In this document: positions 38,340 through 51,600 of the stretch, piece by piece
Layout: each line of letters starts with the position of its first letter
Numbering within the stretch: position 1 is the stretch's first letter
From: Squalus acanthias
Taxonomy: Eukaryota
DNA length: 64,000 nt
Direction: 5' to 3'
Assembly: GCA_030390025.1 (NCBI GenBank)
Contig: CM059431.1
Span: 122,576,001 to 122,640,000 of the forward strand
The notes under the pieces: generated by a model
The model's database searches: none
Told to the model about the DNA's origin: nothing
Seen by the model: the letters and a program-made list of their open reading frames with translations, nothing else
Program-made: the position numbers and the translations under genes

Positions 38340-38680
38340 TTCCTGAAGCACTTGCTCATGCTGGATGTGATTCCACAAGTGCTGGCAGTCCCTTGACATT
38401 TTGCCCAAGTGGCTATTCTTTATAGATGAGCCAAGACAGCAACTGTCGTAATTTATTTGACTGCAGGGAACTTCAGAGTTAATCCCAATTCTATCCTCAA
38501 CCAATGTGCAGATTTAGCAGAGCTCACTGAGTAGTCATTGGAACTGGGAACCTTGAGTGATTTTCTTTACCTCTCCCTAATCCAAGGGGACTGAGGCTGA
38601 TTATAGTCCTCCCACTATTCCTCCAGGCTAAGATCAGCTAACTCATGGAATTGAATTTGAGACCTTCCTGATCTCTATTG
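38340..38680 (-). mobile_element. Old tRNA-derived SINE
   Basis: TTGCCCAAGTGGCTATTCTT core and GGCTAAGATCAGCTAACTCA; similar to 24590-24800. Confidence 0.55.
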
Positions 38681-40552
38681 GAAAATGGGATCAACCAGGT
38701 TATTTTATATCAGTCGACCTAACATCAGCAGTGAGTAAACTTCTAGAGGCAATATGGAATTAAATTAATACTCATCTAAAAAGACATGGTTTAATTAAAG
38801 GCAGCCAGCATGAATTTGTAAAATGTAAATCATGTCTGGCAAATTTAATGGAGTTCTTTGAGGAAATAACTGAGTTTATAGATAAACAAAATGCAGTCAC
38901 TAGAGAAACTGGGGCTTTTTTCACTCGAACAAAGAAGGTTATAAGGAGATCTGAGAGAGGGGGGGCGATTTTGTGAATGGGGGCGCGTTGGAGGCGGGAC
39001 TGCTGCTTGGCGGGTCGATGTTCCGCCTCCATCGATTTGTGGCCAACCCACGCTATTTTCCCTTGATTGACCTTGTTAAGCCCGCTCAGCAGGCTTAGCA
39101 GGCCAATTAAGGGAAAGCCGGTTGCAGAGCAAGTCAACGTATGACGTTTCATTTGTCAAATATTTTTGACAGATGAATTGTCATCGTTTGACAGTTCTGT
39201 GAAGCTGTCAAACAGTGACAATCTCTGCAGTTTGATGAGGGCTTGCATACAAGACCTCATCAACCTTGTTTCTTTGACAGAAATTAGATGTTTGTTGCAT
39301 CTGAGAATGCAACGGCCATCTCTCATCTGCAACACGGAGGTCAGAGACTCTCCGCATTCAAACCGACTGAAGCCTGCAGGAAGAAACAAAGGTAAGTACA
39401 TTTTTAAAAACATTTTGCACTTACCTCGGATACTCACCTCACCACTGTTGCACCCATCACTTACCTTCACACCATACTTTTGCACTCCCACACCCGACCC
39501 CCGCAGACCCAGTACTCGCCTCGCTGAGCTGGCGGGTTTTGGAGCCTTCGGGAAGCTTGCACTTGTGAGGGCAAAAAGGGGATAATCCTATTTTCTGCCT
39601 GTTAACTACCTGTTAACAGGTAGTTAATAGGCTTTAATCCCTTCCCGCCTCCAAGGAGACGGGACCCGGCGCAGGACGGCTACCCGCCTCCTGGGAAGAT
39701 GGCATGGAGGCGGGTTGGGGCGGGTTGGGCACCCGCCCCCAAATTCTGCCATTTTACCGGCAGTCCCGCCTCCCCAGGGCTGGCAAAATCGCCCCCAGGC
39801 ATTCTAAATTAAGAGAGGTTTTGATAAAGTAAATTGGGAAAATTTATTTTCACAGGTTGGTGAGGTAGTAACTAAATTTAAGATCATCACCAAAAGAGTG
39901 AAGGGAGAGATTGGAGAATATATTTTTTTACATTTAGGGTTGTTAGGATATTGAGGGATATAAATTGATATGCATTGCATCTGTTTTTCAGGCATAAAAC
40001 AGGCACAACACTGACAGATTTAGCAGTGGGATGGCCCCCGCCCAATCGGTGTGTGCGTTCAGGCTGCTGCTAAATTTGCTGGGCCTATTTTTTAGGCATC
40101 CTGGGCCGCCACCTAAAACAGGCATTAGGCCCCTTGTTTTTGTTAATTAGGGGCCTAATGCCCGTTGAAGAACCCTTCTGGAAAATTTGTTGACTGATGA
40201 GCAGAGTAGGTGCAGAGCCTGCCCTACTCAGAATTTTTCAGCAGCCCCTATGGGTCACCAAGAAAAGGTAAGATTTAAAAAAAATGTTTCTAAAACATTT
40301 TTTTAAAACCTTCCTGTGGAGCCAGGAGGAGCAGGAGTGAAACCCCGACTGCACAGTCGTCGCCATTGGCCTCCCTCCATTTCCTGCTCCAACCCCCTTC
40401 CTGGGACTTGTCTTCGGGCCACTGCCAGCGAGGCGGGCAGCCTGACATCCAACACCTGCAATGCGTAAGCTGCCTGTGGAGCACGACAGGTGGTGGCAGT
40501 TCATGCATAAAGTATGGGTGAATGGCCTCCTTCTGTGTTATAAAATTCTATG
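38680..40552 (+). mobile_element. Heavily degraded CR1 LINE pieces split by MITEs
   Basis: SQHEFVKCKSCLANLMEFFEE-type RT remnant at 38800-38870; 3' pieces at 39797-39960 and 40510-40552. Confidence 0.6.
38961..39796. mobile_element. Harbinger-type MITE, family B-related (inverted)
   Basis: Perfect TIR GGGGGCGATTTTG / CAAAATCGCCCCC; TSD AGG. Confidence 0.9.
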
Positions 40553-41564
40553 AGGGTAACTTTGCCGCCTGGGTGGTAACCTGGTGGATTTGATTGCCCA
40601 CCCTTTATAGAACCAGATGGATATTCATTCTATTGAGTTTGAATGGAAGAAAAATCGGGCAGGTTATACAACGGGTGGGTGATCCACTCTGCTATGTTAC
40701 TGCCTGGGCAGTGATGTTGAAAATTAACCCCAATCATTCTATGGCTTGTTGGTTAAATTAGTTTAGTTTCTACAAAGTCAGCACAGCTCTCAACATTTAT
40801 GCCACAGGCACCTTCTAAACAGCGTCTTGTGCAACATCAGCCAGGCAGCTGGTCAAGCCTGCATATGCCAGGTCACTGATATCATCTTCTCATGATCTCA
40901 TTGAACAACAGAACCAATTCCGAGTACAACCTCATATTTATTTAGCAATACCAATGATCAAACCCTGGATGCCTAAAATTGCTTTTCTGCTATCTATCCT
41001 GGTGGTACAGGCCAGTGTCATGAGAGGTGGTTGGCTTCTGCTCTGTTACAACAGGTTATTGGGACTGAGTAGGCTCTTGTTTCATGACAACAGAGTCTGG
41101 GAAGGACTCGTTGTGGGCTACATCTCTTGCGTAACTGCCTGGTGTAAGTATAGGTGTACCAAGTAGAATAGCCATGGTAATCTTTTAAAATATATACCAA
41201 CATATTAAAGAGTCATTCTGCAATGGCTATACAAGGCCAAGCCTGGCGTATCGGAGACATTACCTCATTAACCATCCATGAGAAGAGATAAGAAATATAG
41301 TAGGTATATAGTAAATCAGTCAAGAAGACTGTAGGGAAGTAATCTGGTATAAATAGAGGTTGTGTTATGGATGGTCTGGGAAGAGATACGATTTTGAATG
41401 CGACAGAGAACTAATAAGCATTCATGTAGAATATCCGGGGTGAAATAAACATTAATGGACCTGCACAACAAATGGTAGCATCTAACCTTACCACTAAACT
41501 AGCTGACGTGTCAACAGAATACACACAAAACGTGATGATATTTGTACCCACATTTGTCATACGT

Positions 41565-42006
41565 AAGGCCGATCCCAGAGGTTAGCTTGGGGGGCCAGGT
41601 GGAAAAACTCCTGCTCCTCCTGGCCCACAAGCCCTGCTCTAAAAAGCACTTACCTGCTAGATCCGGCCGTTCTCGCCTCCCTTCAGCTGCCAGGTATCAC
41701 GAACCCTGGGAAAAACCCAGCAATCAGCCATTAAATCTAAATGGCTGCCAAATCAGAGGCACGCGGCTGAATTAGCATATTTAAATTATTGACCCGCCTC
41801 TCGAGAGCAGGTTGGGGTCGGGTTTCAGAGTTTTAAGAGGCAGTTAAGTGGCTGTAATCCCTTCCCGCCTCAAAGGAGACAGGACCCGGCGCGGGACGGC
41901 TACCCACCTCCTGGCAAGATGGCACGGAGGCGGGTTGGGCACCCGCCCCCAAATTCTGGCATTTTCCTGGCAGTCCCGCCTCCCCAGGGCTGGCAAGATC
42001 ACGCCC
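41565..42006. mobile_element. Partial MITE whose right arm nearly matches 39625-39796
   Basis: Shared AATCCCTTCCCGCCTC...CCCCAGGGCTGGCAA terminal block. Confidence 0.7.
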
Positions 42007-43324
42007 AATATAGTCAAGCAGAGTCAGCATGGTTTTATGAAAGGGAAATCATGTTTGACAAATTTGCTGGAGTTCTTTCAGGATGTAACGAGCAGAGTGG
42101 ATAAAGGGCAAACAGTAGATTTGGATTTTCAGAAGGCATTCGATAAGGTGCCACATAAAAGGTTACTGCACAACATAAGAGCTCATGGGGTTGGGGGTAA
42201 TATATTATCATGGATAGAGGATTGGCTAACTAACAGAAAACAGAGAGTCGGGATAAATGGGTAATTTTCAGGTTGGCAAACGGTAACTAGTGGGGTGCCT
42301 CAGCGATCAGTGCTGGGGCCTCAACTATTTACAATCTATATTAATGACTTGGATGAAGGGACCGAGTGTAATGTAGCCAAATTTGCTGATGATTCAAAGA
42401 TAGGTGGGAAAGTAAATTGTGTGGACGATGCAAAGAATCTCCAAAGGGATATAGATAGGCTAAGTGAGTGGGCACAAATCTGGCAGATGGAGTATAATGT
42501 GGGAAAATGCGAAGGTTATCCACTTTGGTAGGAAAAATAAAAAAGCAAATTATTATTTAAATGGGGAGATATTACAAAATGCTGAGGTACAGAGGGATCT
42601 GGGGGTACTTGTACATGAATCACAAAAAGTTAGCATGCAGGTACAGCAAGTAATTAGGAAGGCAAATGGAATGTTGGCCTTCATTGCAAAGACAATGGAG
42701 TATAAAAGTAGGGAAGCCCTGTTACAACTGTACAGGGTGTTGGTGAGACCACACCTGGAGTACTGCCTACAGTTTTGGTCTCCTTATTTAAGGAAGGATA
42801 TACTTGCATTGGAGGCAGTTCAGAGAAGGTTCACGAGGTTGATTCTGGAGATGAAGGGGTTGTCTTATGAAGAAAGGTTGAGCAGGTTGGGCCTATACTC
42901 ATTGGACTTTAGAAGAATGAGAGGGGATCTTATTGAAACATATAAGATTCTGAAGAGGCTTGACTGGGTAGATGCGGAGAGGATGTTTCCCCTCGTGGAG
43001 GAATCTAGAACTAGGGGGCATAATTTCAGAATAAGGGGCACCCATTTAAAACGGAAATGAGGAGGAATTTCTTCTCTCAGAGGGTCGTGAATCTTTGGAA
43101 TTCTCTTCCCCAGAGAGCTGTGGAGGCTGGGTCATTGAATATATTTAAGGTGGAGATAGACAGATTTTTGAAAGGTAAGGGAGTCAACGGTTATGGGAGC
43201 GGGCAGGGACGTGGAGTTGAGGCCAAGATCAGATCAGCCCTGATCTAATTGAATGGCGGAGCAGGCTCGAGGGGCCAAATGACCTACTCCTGCTCTTGCG
43301 TCTTATGTTCTTGTGTTCTTATGT
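42007..43324 (+). mobile_element. 5'-truncated CR1 LINE (RT pseudogene, 3' UTR, microsatellite tail)
   Basis: [31 protein letters not shown], PQxSVLGP, KFADD and RPHLEYC motifs; stop and frameshifts; (TTCTTATG)n-like tail. Confidence 0.95.
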
Positions 43325-43496
43325 AATTAAATCTATAAAAGATACAACACACTGGAGCTCTTTGGGGAACTTCAATCTAGTCTTGCTGAGGCGAGCATAA
43401 GCAGTCAAAATGACATGTTTGCGACCTCCTGAGGAGTCTTTGGTATTTGAGTTATAATGTTATAATTGGTACCTATATTTCATATGACCTGCATGT

Positions 43497-44090
43497 AAGC
43501 TACTGGAAGCGCCCCGCCTCCCTCTTGGGGGCGCTATGAGGGAATATTGTGGCGCTACGTGCCGCGGTATTGCAGGCCTTCCTCCCCTTCTTAAAGGGGA
43601 GGGGCCTTGTGCAGGGTGACCCGGGGCCCAGCTGGGCCACCAGGATCGGAATGCCAGCAAAAGAGCCCGACACTCAAGAGAAGTGCCGGGCTCATGGAGT
43701 GCAGCCGGCTCTCCACGGGGTGGGGGGGTGCTCAGGAGGCCAGGGACGGCAGCGGAGGCAGGTGCTGGCAGGCGGCCAGCAACAAAAATGGCCGCCCGGC
43801 GCCTCGCCTTTATTTAGCGCCGCCCTGGCCACAGATAGGAACCCCTGACTCCGTCGAACATAGCGTCCGGCGGTAAGTCAGAGGGCACTACTGAAGATCA
43901 CGAGCGGGGCGCTGTGCACGGCGATGATGTAATCGCCAGCGGCGCAGCGCTGTGGGGCACCAACGGTTACCGCCACCGCTAACCTCCCGATGAATTTTGC
44001 AGGAGGCGTTGGCGGCGCCGCGCCCGGGCGCTAGTTGCTTTGCGCTCTGTTAGTGCTAACGGGAGGCGCAAAGCAACCAAATTTTTCCCC
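43497..44090. mobile_element. MITE family A, copy 4, left end missing
   Basis: Similar to about 8005-8649; right end CCAAATTTTTCCCCC. Confidence 0.85.
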
Positions 44091-44782
44091 CCAAAAATCT
44101 ATCTATCTCAGCATTGAATATACTCAAAGACTCAGCATTCACAGCCCTCTGAGTGAAGAAATTCCTCCTCATCTCAGTCTTAAATGGCCTACCCCTTATC
44201 CTGAGACTATGTTCTAGACACTCCAGCCAGGGGATACAGCCTCTCAGCATTTACCCTGTCAATCCCCTTCAGGATCTTGTATGTTTCCATGAGATCGCCT
44301 CTCATTCTTCTAAACTCCAGAGAGTATAGGCCCATTCTACAAAATCTCTCATCATAGGACAGCCCTCTCATCCCAGAAATCAATCTAGTGAACCTTTGTT
44401 GCACCGCTTCCAAGACAAGTATATCCTTGCTTAGATAAGGAGACCAAAACTGTGCACAGTACTCCAGGTGTAGTCTCACCAAGGCTCTGTACAATTGTAG
44501 CAAGACTTCCTTACTCTTATACTTCAACCCCCTTGCAATAAAGGCCAACATGATATTTGCCATCCTTCTTGTTTGCTGTACCTGCATGCTAACTTTCTGT
44601 GTTTCTTGCATGAGGACACTCAAATCTCTCTGAACACCATCATTTGAAAGTTTTTCACCATTTAAAAAATATTCTGTTTTTCTATTCTTCCTACCAAACT
44701 GAATAACCTCACACTTCCCTATATTATACTCCACCTTACTGCCCACTCACTAAGTTTATTTATATCCCATTGCAGACTTTCT

Positions 44783-46072
44783 GGGCTGGATTTTACCAGC
44801 CCTGAGGAAACATAGAAACATAGAAGCTAGGAGCAGGAGTAGGCCATTCGGCCCCTCGAGCCTGCTCCGCCATTCAATGCGATCATGGCTGATCATCCAA
44901 ATTCAGTACGCTGTCCCTGCTTTCTCCCCATATCCTGTGGTCCCTTTAGCCTTAAGAAATATATCTAACTCCTTCTTGAATATATTTAATGAATTGGCCT
45001 CAACTGCCTTGTGTGGTAGAGAATTCCACAGGTTCACCACTCTCTGGGTGAAGAAATTCCTCCTCATCTCAGTCCTAAATGGCTTACCCCTTATCTTTAG
45101 ACTGTGACCCCTGGTTCTGGACTCTCCCGCCATCGGGAACATCCTTCCTGCATCTAGTCTGTCTAGTCCTGTTAGAATTTTATAAGTTTCAATGAGATCC
45201 CCTCTCATTCTTCTAAACTCTAGCGAATATATAGAAACAGGAGGCGGGGTTGGAGGCGGGACTGCTGGGAAAATCAAAAAGAATGGGAGTGGGTGCCGAA
45301 CCCGCTCCCAACCCGCCTCCAACCAATCTTCCCGGGAGTCGGGTCCTCGATTTGCGCAGAGACCTGACTCCTAGCGACGGGAAGAGGATTATAGCCGCTT
45401 AACTGCCTGTTAACAGGTAGTTAAGAGGCTTTTTCCCATTTTGCGGCTTCTGCTGCGGACTTCCCAACATCGGGGAACCCCGCCAGGGTAAGTGAGGCGT
45501 GCTGTGGGTCTGTTGTAATGTTTGTGTGTAGATGACAGCTGCAGGAGTGGTGTGAAGGATGCAATGGGATACTGGTGAGTATCAGAGGTAAGGAAATGTT
45601 GGGAAAGTCATTTTTAATGCGTTTAGATTTTTCTGTAGGTGACAAGCTTTGAACTGTTTGTGTGGCCTCACCTCATTGAGAGAAGTGACAGATCGCTTCT
45701 GTACCCTCACCTGCAGCTGCCATCTGTTTTATCCTAAGGAGAGAGTCATTGGAGAGCCTGGGTGCAAGGGCTCTCCTTTGTACAGTGATTATCAGTGTTT
45801 GACAGCACCTCAATGCTGTCAAACACTGTCAAATCATCTGTCAAAAATAAATGTTTCATGTCCCTTTTAGAAAACCGGCAGATGAAGCATCATCAACTGA
45901 CGTCATCTGACGCTGGTTTTCCCTTAATTGGCCAGCAAGCCTGCAGGGCAGGCTTAACAAGGCCAATGAGGGGAAAATAGCGTCTGTGCATCGGACGTTG
46001 CTGGGGGCGGGAGTAGAACCCGGAAGGCAGCAGTCTCACCTCCAACTCACCTCGGTAAGTAAAATTCAGCCC
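44783..46072. mobile_element. MITE family B-related, inserted in CR1 RT and itself interrupted
   Basis: TIR GGGCTGGATTTTAC / GTAAAATTCAGCCC; TSD TCT; internal similarity to 14065-14946. Confidence 0.88.
44808..45238 (-). mobile_element. Younger CR1 3' fragment inside the MITE
   Basis: YSLEFRRMRGDLIETYKILTGLDRLDAGRMFP...; tail (AACATAGA)n at 44808-44825. Confidence 0.9.
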
Positions 46073-47926
46073 TCTGTGTTCTCCTCACAGTTTACTGTCC
46101 CACCTAGATTTGTATCATCAGCAAACTGGGTTACATTACATTCGGTCCCTTCATCTAGGTCATTAATATAGATTGTAAATAACTGAGGCCCCAACACTGA
46201 TCCTTGTGGCACCCCACTCGTTACAGCTTGCCAACCTGAAAAAGATCCATTTATCCCTACTCTCTGCTTTCTGTCCGTTAACCAATCCTCTATCAATGCT
46301 ACTATATTACCCCCAACCCCGTGAGCCCTAATCTTGTGTAATAACCTTTTATATAGCACCTTATCGAATGCCTTTTGGAAATCCAAGTATGCTACATCCA
46401 CTGGTTCCCATTTATCTACCCTGCTAGTTACATCCTCAAAAAACTCTAATAAATTTGAAAAACACGATTTCCCTTTCATAGAGCCATGTTGACTCTGCCT
46501 AATCATGTTATGATTTTCTAAGTGCCCTGATACCACTTCCTTAACAATGGATTCCAGCATTTTCCCGACGACTGATGTCAGGCTAACTGGTCTGTAGTTC
46601 CCTGTTAATTCTCTCCCTCCTTTCTTGAATAGCGATGTTACATTTGCGACCTTCCAATCCACTGGGACCATTCTAGAACCTAGGGAATTTTGGAAGATCA
46701 ACACCAATGCATCTATTATCTCTTCAGCCACCTCTTTTAGAACCCTAAGATGTAGGCCATCAGGTCCAAGTGATTGGTCGGCTTTTAGTCACATTAGTTT
46801 CTCTAGTACTTTTTCTCTACTTATATTAATTATGTTAAGTTCCTCACCCTCATTACACCCTTGGTTCCCCATCATTTTTGGTATGGTTTTTGTGTCTTCT
46901 ACTGTGAAGACAGATACAAAATATTTGTTTAACGTTTCTGCCATTTCCTTATTCCCCATAATAATTTCTCCTGTCTCAGCCTCTAAGGAACCAATGTTTA
47001 CTTTTGCTACTCTTTTTCTTTTTACATACTTGTAGAGGCTCTTATAATCTGATTTTATATTTCTTGCTAGTTTTCTCTCATATTCTATTTTTTCCCTTTT
47101 TATCAATTTTTTGGTCAACCTTTCCTGGTTTCTGAAACTCTCTCAATCCTCAGGCTTACTATTATTCTTTGCAACATTCTAAGCTTCTTATTCCAATCTA
47201 ATGCTATCCTTAACTTCTTTAGTTAGCCACGATGGATCACTTTTCCCGTGGAGTTTTTGTTTCTCATTCGAATGTATTTTTGTTCAGAATTATGAAATAT
47301 TTCTTTGAATGCTAGCCACTGCTTATCTACCACCACACCTTTTAATCTATTTTTCCAATCTACCTTAGCCAACTTGCCCCTCATACCTCTGTAATTGCCT
47401 TTATTTTCAGGCTTAGGCAAGTCAATCTCAAAATTAAGGTGAAATTCTATCATATTATGATCACTCTGCCCCAGAGGATCCTTTACTATGAGATTGCTAA
47501 TTAACCCTGTCTCATTACACAGTACATGATCTAAAATAGCAGGCTCACGTTGGTCAACTCTAGCCATGCCATTTCTGTTGGCCCAAGTTTTGGGTGGCAA
47601 CTCATTAGTGGATGGCAGATGTAATCATTCCTACTGGATTGTGAAATCCCAAGATATTGTCTCATGTACCAAAGCCCCAAATGTCTACAGGCCAGATTGC
47701 AAGGCTCTCTCAACCCTGTTCCTCAAGCCTCCTGTAGTCTGTGCTTTCAATAAAGAGGAGGCACTGACTTGTCCTGGGACCCTGTTGTGGGAAGGGGAGG
47801 AGGAATGGTTGCAGAGTGCAATGAACCTGCTACATGCTCCATTGATCTCAATGATATATGAAATTGGACTATAAACACTACTGAAAATGAGCATTGTATC
47901 TTTTCCAAGTTGAAACCTCCAGACAA

Positions 47927-48671
47927 ACATCATAAATTCCATTTCCTATGGGTGTGTACGTGCTGTGTACTCACCCGTAGGGCCAACGGAAGTGGCAGTT
48001 TCATGCATGCACTGCGCATGCGCTGGAAACCGGAACTTCCGTTCTCTGAAGAAAGGGGTTCGCAGGTCAAACGCCTGCGCCGGAGAGGCAGCGCGTACGC
48101 CTGGAACTTCCATTTTTTTTTTAGGTTGATGCAGTCCGGGTAAGTCGGTAGCAGCTGCGCCTGGAAAAGTCGGCGCAAGGCCTGCTTTTAACAAGGTAAG
48201 AGGTGATATCAGTAAAATAATTTTTTTTTTAACACTTATTTATCATTTTAAAATACTTTAAATAAAGGTAAGTTTATTTTTAGCCCCGTTAAAAACTTTA
48301 ATTATTTTTTTCAAAAATTAAATTTTTTGTTTAAAATAGTTAATTTATGTAATTTATAGTCATTTTAAAAATGTGATGTTTTTTAAAAAATGTATTTGAA
48401 GTTTTACTTATGTTTTGAGGGTGATCTCTATTCATAGATTTGACAGGTCTTCCTGTCAAATCTATGAATGGAGATTTCCATGGCCCACGTGATCCCAGGG
48501 ATGCTGCAAACTAGCTGCGCCCCTGGGGTACGCGTTCCCTGCTCACCGGCAGTTTGAGGAGGCACATCAACGGAATTCTATGCCGGCCCAGAGCATTACG
48601 ATCGGCGTGGTTCGTTTGTGCAGGCCGGGGGCTTGCGCCCGCAGGAAGCCTCCAACCGGAATTTCTGGGCC
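47927..48671. mobile_element. MITE family D
   Basis: Right TIR AATTTCTGGGCC; block CTTTTAACAAGGTAAG and AT-rich core shared with 55557-56270. Confidence 0.75.
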
Positions 48672-51600
48672 AAAATTAATCTTGCAGCAGTAATTTAACT
48701 AGCACAAGTTGCTCAGATGCATCTTACATGATATATATTGTTGTCAGCTCTGAGTTAATCACCATATCGGATCAATACCCTTATTATCATTTTAACCGCT
48801 TTTAATCTCTAAGAAATGTGATGCTGCACTTTTTTAAGGGAGTCTGAATATTTAATTGCGTTTATTCTTACATTAGCTGCACAAGACAAATTTTAAAAAC
48901 CTTTATTTAATTGATGATTTTTTTTCTTTGTCGCGCCATGTATATTTGGTCTGCAATGCAGCCCATTTATCAATATATTAGAGTATATTGTTGTGGATTT
49001 TTCAAGTCTTAAAGCTTTGGTCCATTTTACTGCTGACAGTGCTGGAGAGAGAGATTGTGCGATGATTTCACACCTGAATATTTTGCCTAGTTTTCTCGCA
49101 ATACTTGGATATTACACTGAGGAAACTGCTTTTCGTACAATAACTCAGTAAAAGTGAAGGCACCTTTAAACATTATTTTTATTTACGTCAAGAGGGACCA
49201 GATCAGCAATGAAGTCCTGCAGAAGTGAATTAACAACTACCGACCTTCACTCTCCTTGAAAAATTCTACTGCTTGACTGGGGCAAGAAAATGTGTTATTT
49301 TAGCACCCAACAGCACTTCCTTCATTTATATTGACTCAAGTAGGTACTTAAACCCTTGTCACGATGAAATCGCATCACAGGTACCACAATGACAATGTGG
49401 CAGTTCACTTGGCTGAGGTGGGAACTTATGATAGAAGCATATCTGAGGTAAGAAATTTCATCAGGGTCACTGGGGTGTAAGGATGATTATTAATTCAAAA
49501 GTGTGGGTTAGAGTTTTTTAATATTGTGCAACAATTACAATACAGAGCCAGCATAGTGACGGCATGAAAGTGGATTTCAAGTAAGGCACACATCTCTGTG
49601 AATAGAATCGATTGAGATGAAATGTAAAGTGACACTCATTTCAATTAGTTACCTTTTTTAGTGCCAAACGTTCAGGCTTTAAACTAATGCGTTCAATATT
49701 TTTTAAGCTGGATGACTACTGAATTTGACCACCATTTTAAAATTGGAGGGTAAAGGGAGTGGGGAAAAAAAAAATCTAAATTAGAGTTGCATAGCCAACT
49801 ATCTCATTAAAAAAGTAGTTAAGCCTATCTGTAACTTCTTTATTTTTTATGTTAATTATTTTAATTTACATATCCTTTCTTCACCATATCAGTATAATTT
49901 ATGTTTTCTCTCCATCCCGAGGCCCTCCTTATTTTCATTTCTTTTACTTCATTTTTTTAGTCTCTGAGCATACTTTCCAATATTTGGTAGCTGCTGGTGC
50001 TTTGTCTAAAGTACCATCATGGAATACTGGGACACAGATAAAAAAAGAGATTAGACAGAATAAGAGATGAAAAAAAGTAGAGGGAAAGTATTTTCATGGT
50101 TTCTATCTATTGTACAACAGAATGCTAAAAACATTTGTGGAGGTAGCAATTTGCCTTAGGCGGTCGGACAAAATGGGCACTATCGCTCTGACCACCCATT
50201 ATACACACTGCCTGAAATTCAGTTCCATTGACTACCACCCATTCTAATGTGAATTTCTACCCCGTGATTTTCTTTTGTAGCTGGATTTTAATAGTGTTTG
50301 CATTCTTCTGTGTCCTGTTTGATAGATTTTTTTGTGTGAATTGGTTATAATAGCAATTGTTACACTGGTCTTTTCAATGGCCTTGACATTGGTGTTGATA
50401 TAATTTTATATTTAAGTTCGGCTTCTAGTTAGCCTGAAAGCTGAGTAGCTCACATATCATCAAAAGCAAAGCTGTTTGGTGCTATTAGTTCTGCTGAAGA
50501 CACTCGGGAAATGAGCAAGCGAAGACTAAGATCGCAGTAAGAAGAAAGAGAGATCATGTAATAGAAAACTGAGCAAAAGAAATAAAACAACAATAAAAGG
50601 GCTTCATGAGTGTTGAGGAGGGAGGAGAAAACTCGTGAGCCTGCTTTGGATAAATTATATGGCCATTTCAATATAGTGTCAACTAAAAGAATAAAGTTTA
50701 CCACAACGGTGTTAAACACTGTTTACCAGAACCAATTTATTTTTGCATCTGCCCCAGAGGATATTTGCTAGCACCTAGATGTAACACTAGGAAACTACAG
50801 TTAGCATAATGCAAGGAAAGAAAGCTGGGTGGTGTTAAGAGTGACCAGTCCTTCTTCATAGCAGTGGGATCCTGCAGTTTTATTGTCAGCTGCCTGTAGA
50901 TGGAGGGCCGAAAATGAAGAAAATAACTGAAAAGAAGAATAGGGCCCAAAGGGACAGGCATCACTATGAACTGGCACCAGCCTGATGCACTGGGTGTCTG
51001 TCTATATCAGTGAGTTTGTAAGAGTTTTATCTACTTTTATACTCCGAAACTGGAGCAAAAAGCTTTGTGTGAATAACATATATGCAGAAAAACCTAGATG
51101 ACTCATGTTCCTGGTGAGGCATGGATCAAAACTGTTGATTTTGTATAGCAGTCATTGGAAATTTAAAGAAAAAAACAATGGGTTACATTTTCATCTTCAC
51201 TGCCTCAGTGGTAATCCAGTGGAGTGGATCGTCCACCCAGTGTAAAATCCACCAAGTTTGATATCATTGAAATTAATGGAATGAAAATGGGGTGGGTGGT
51301 ACAATGAGCCGGCAATCTGCTCTGTTAGATTACTGCCCAGGTGGTGAAGTCAAAAATGTGCTCCACTCAGCCACTTAACTTGGCTTTGCACCCAACGTCC
51401 AATTGTTAATGGTTTTGACGTGGTCACCAGGATGTAGTAAGCAGAAGCTCTACTTTATGAGGTAGTGTGATTTGGATACCTGGTGATCACCATGGGGAAG
51501 TGGAATTTTTTGCTCCTCATCAAAAATGGAAAGTGTTTGCAGAGGAGATAGGTCACAGATGAATTTCTACCCCACTATGTTTCTGAAGAGAGAAAGGGTA

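Larger units (their letters stand above)
44092..47535 (-). mobile_element. CR1 LINE ORF2 pseudogene (end of endonuclease plus RT), interrupted by a MITE
   Basis: [54 protein letters not shown] and QFADD motifs; many stops. Confidence 0.95.

Noticed and set aside
40870..41430. Possible degraded retroelement coding sequence
   Set aside because: No motif I could identify with confidence.
41848..43248. Intact reverse transcriptase gene, or a fusion ORF at 41848
   Set aside because: 5'-truncated CR1 with a stop and frameshifts; the upstream part is MITE read-through.
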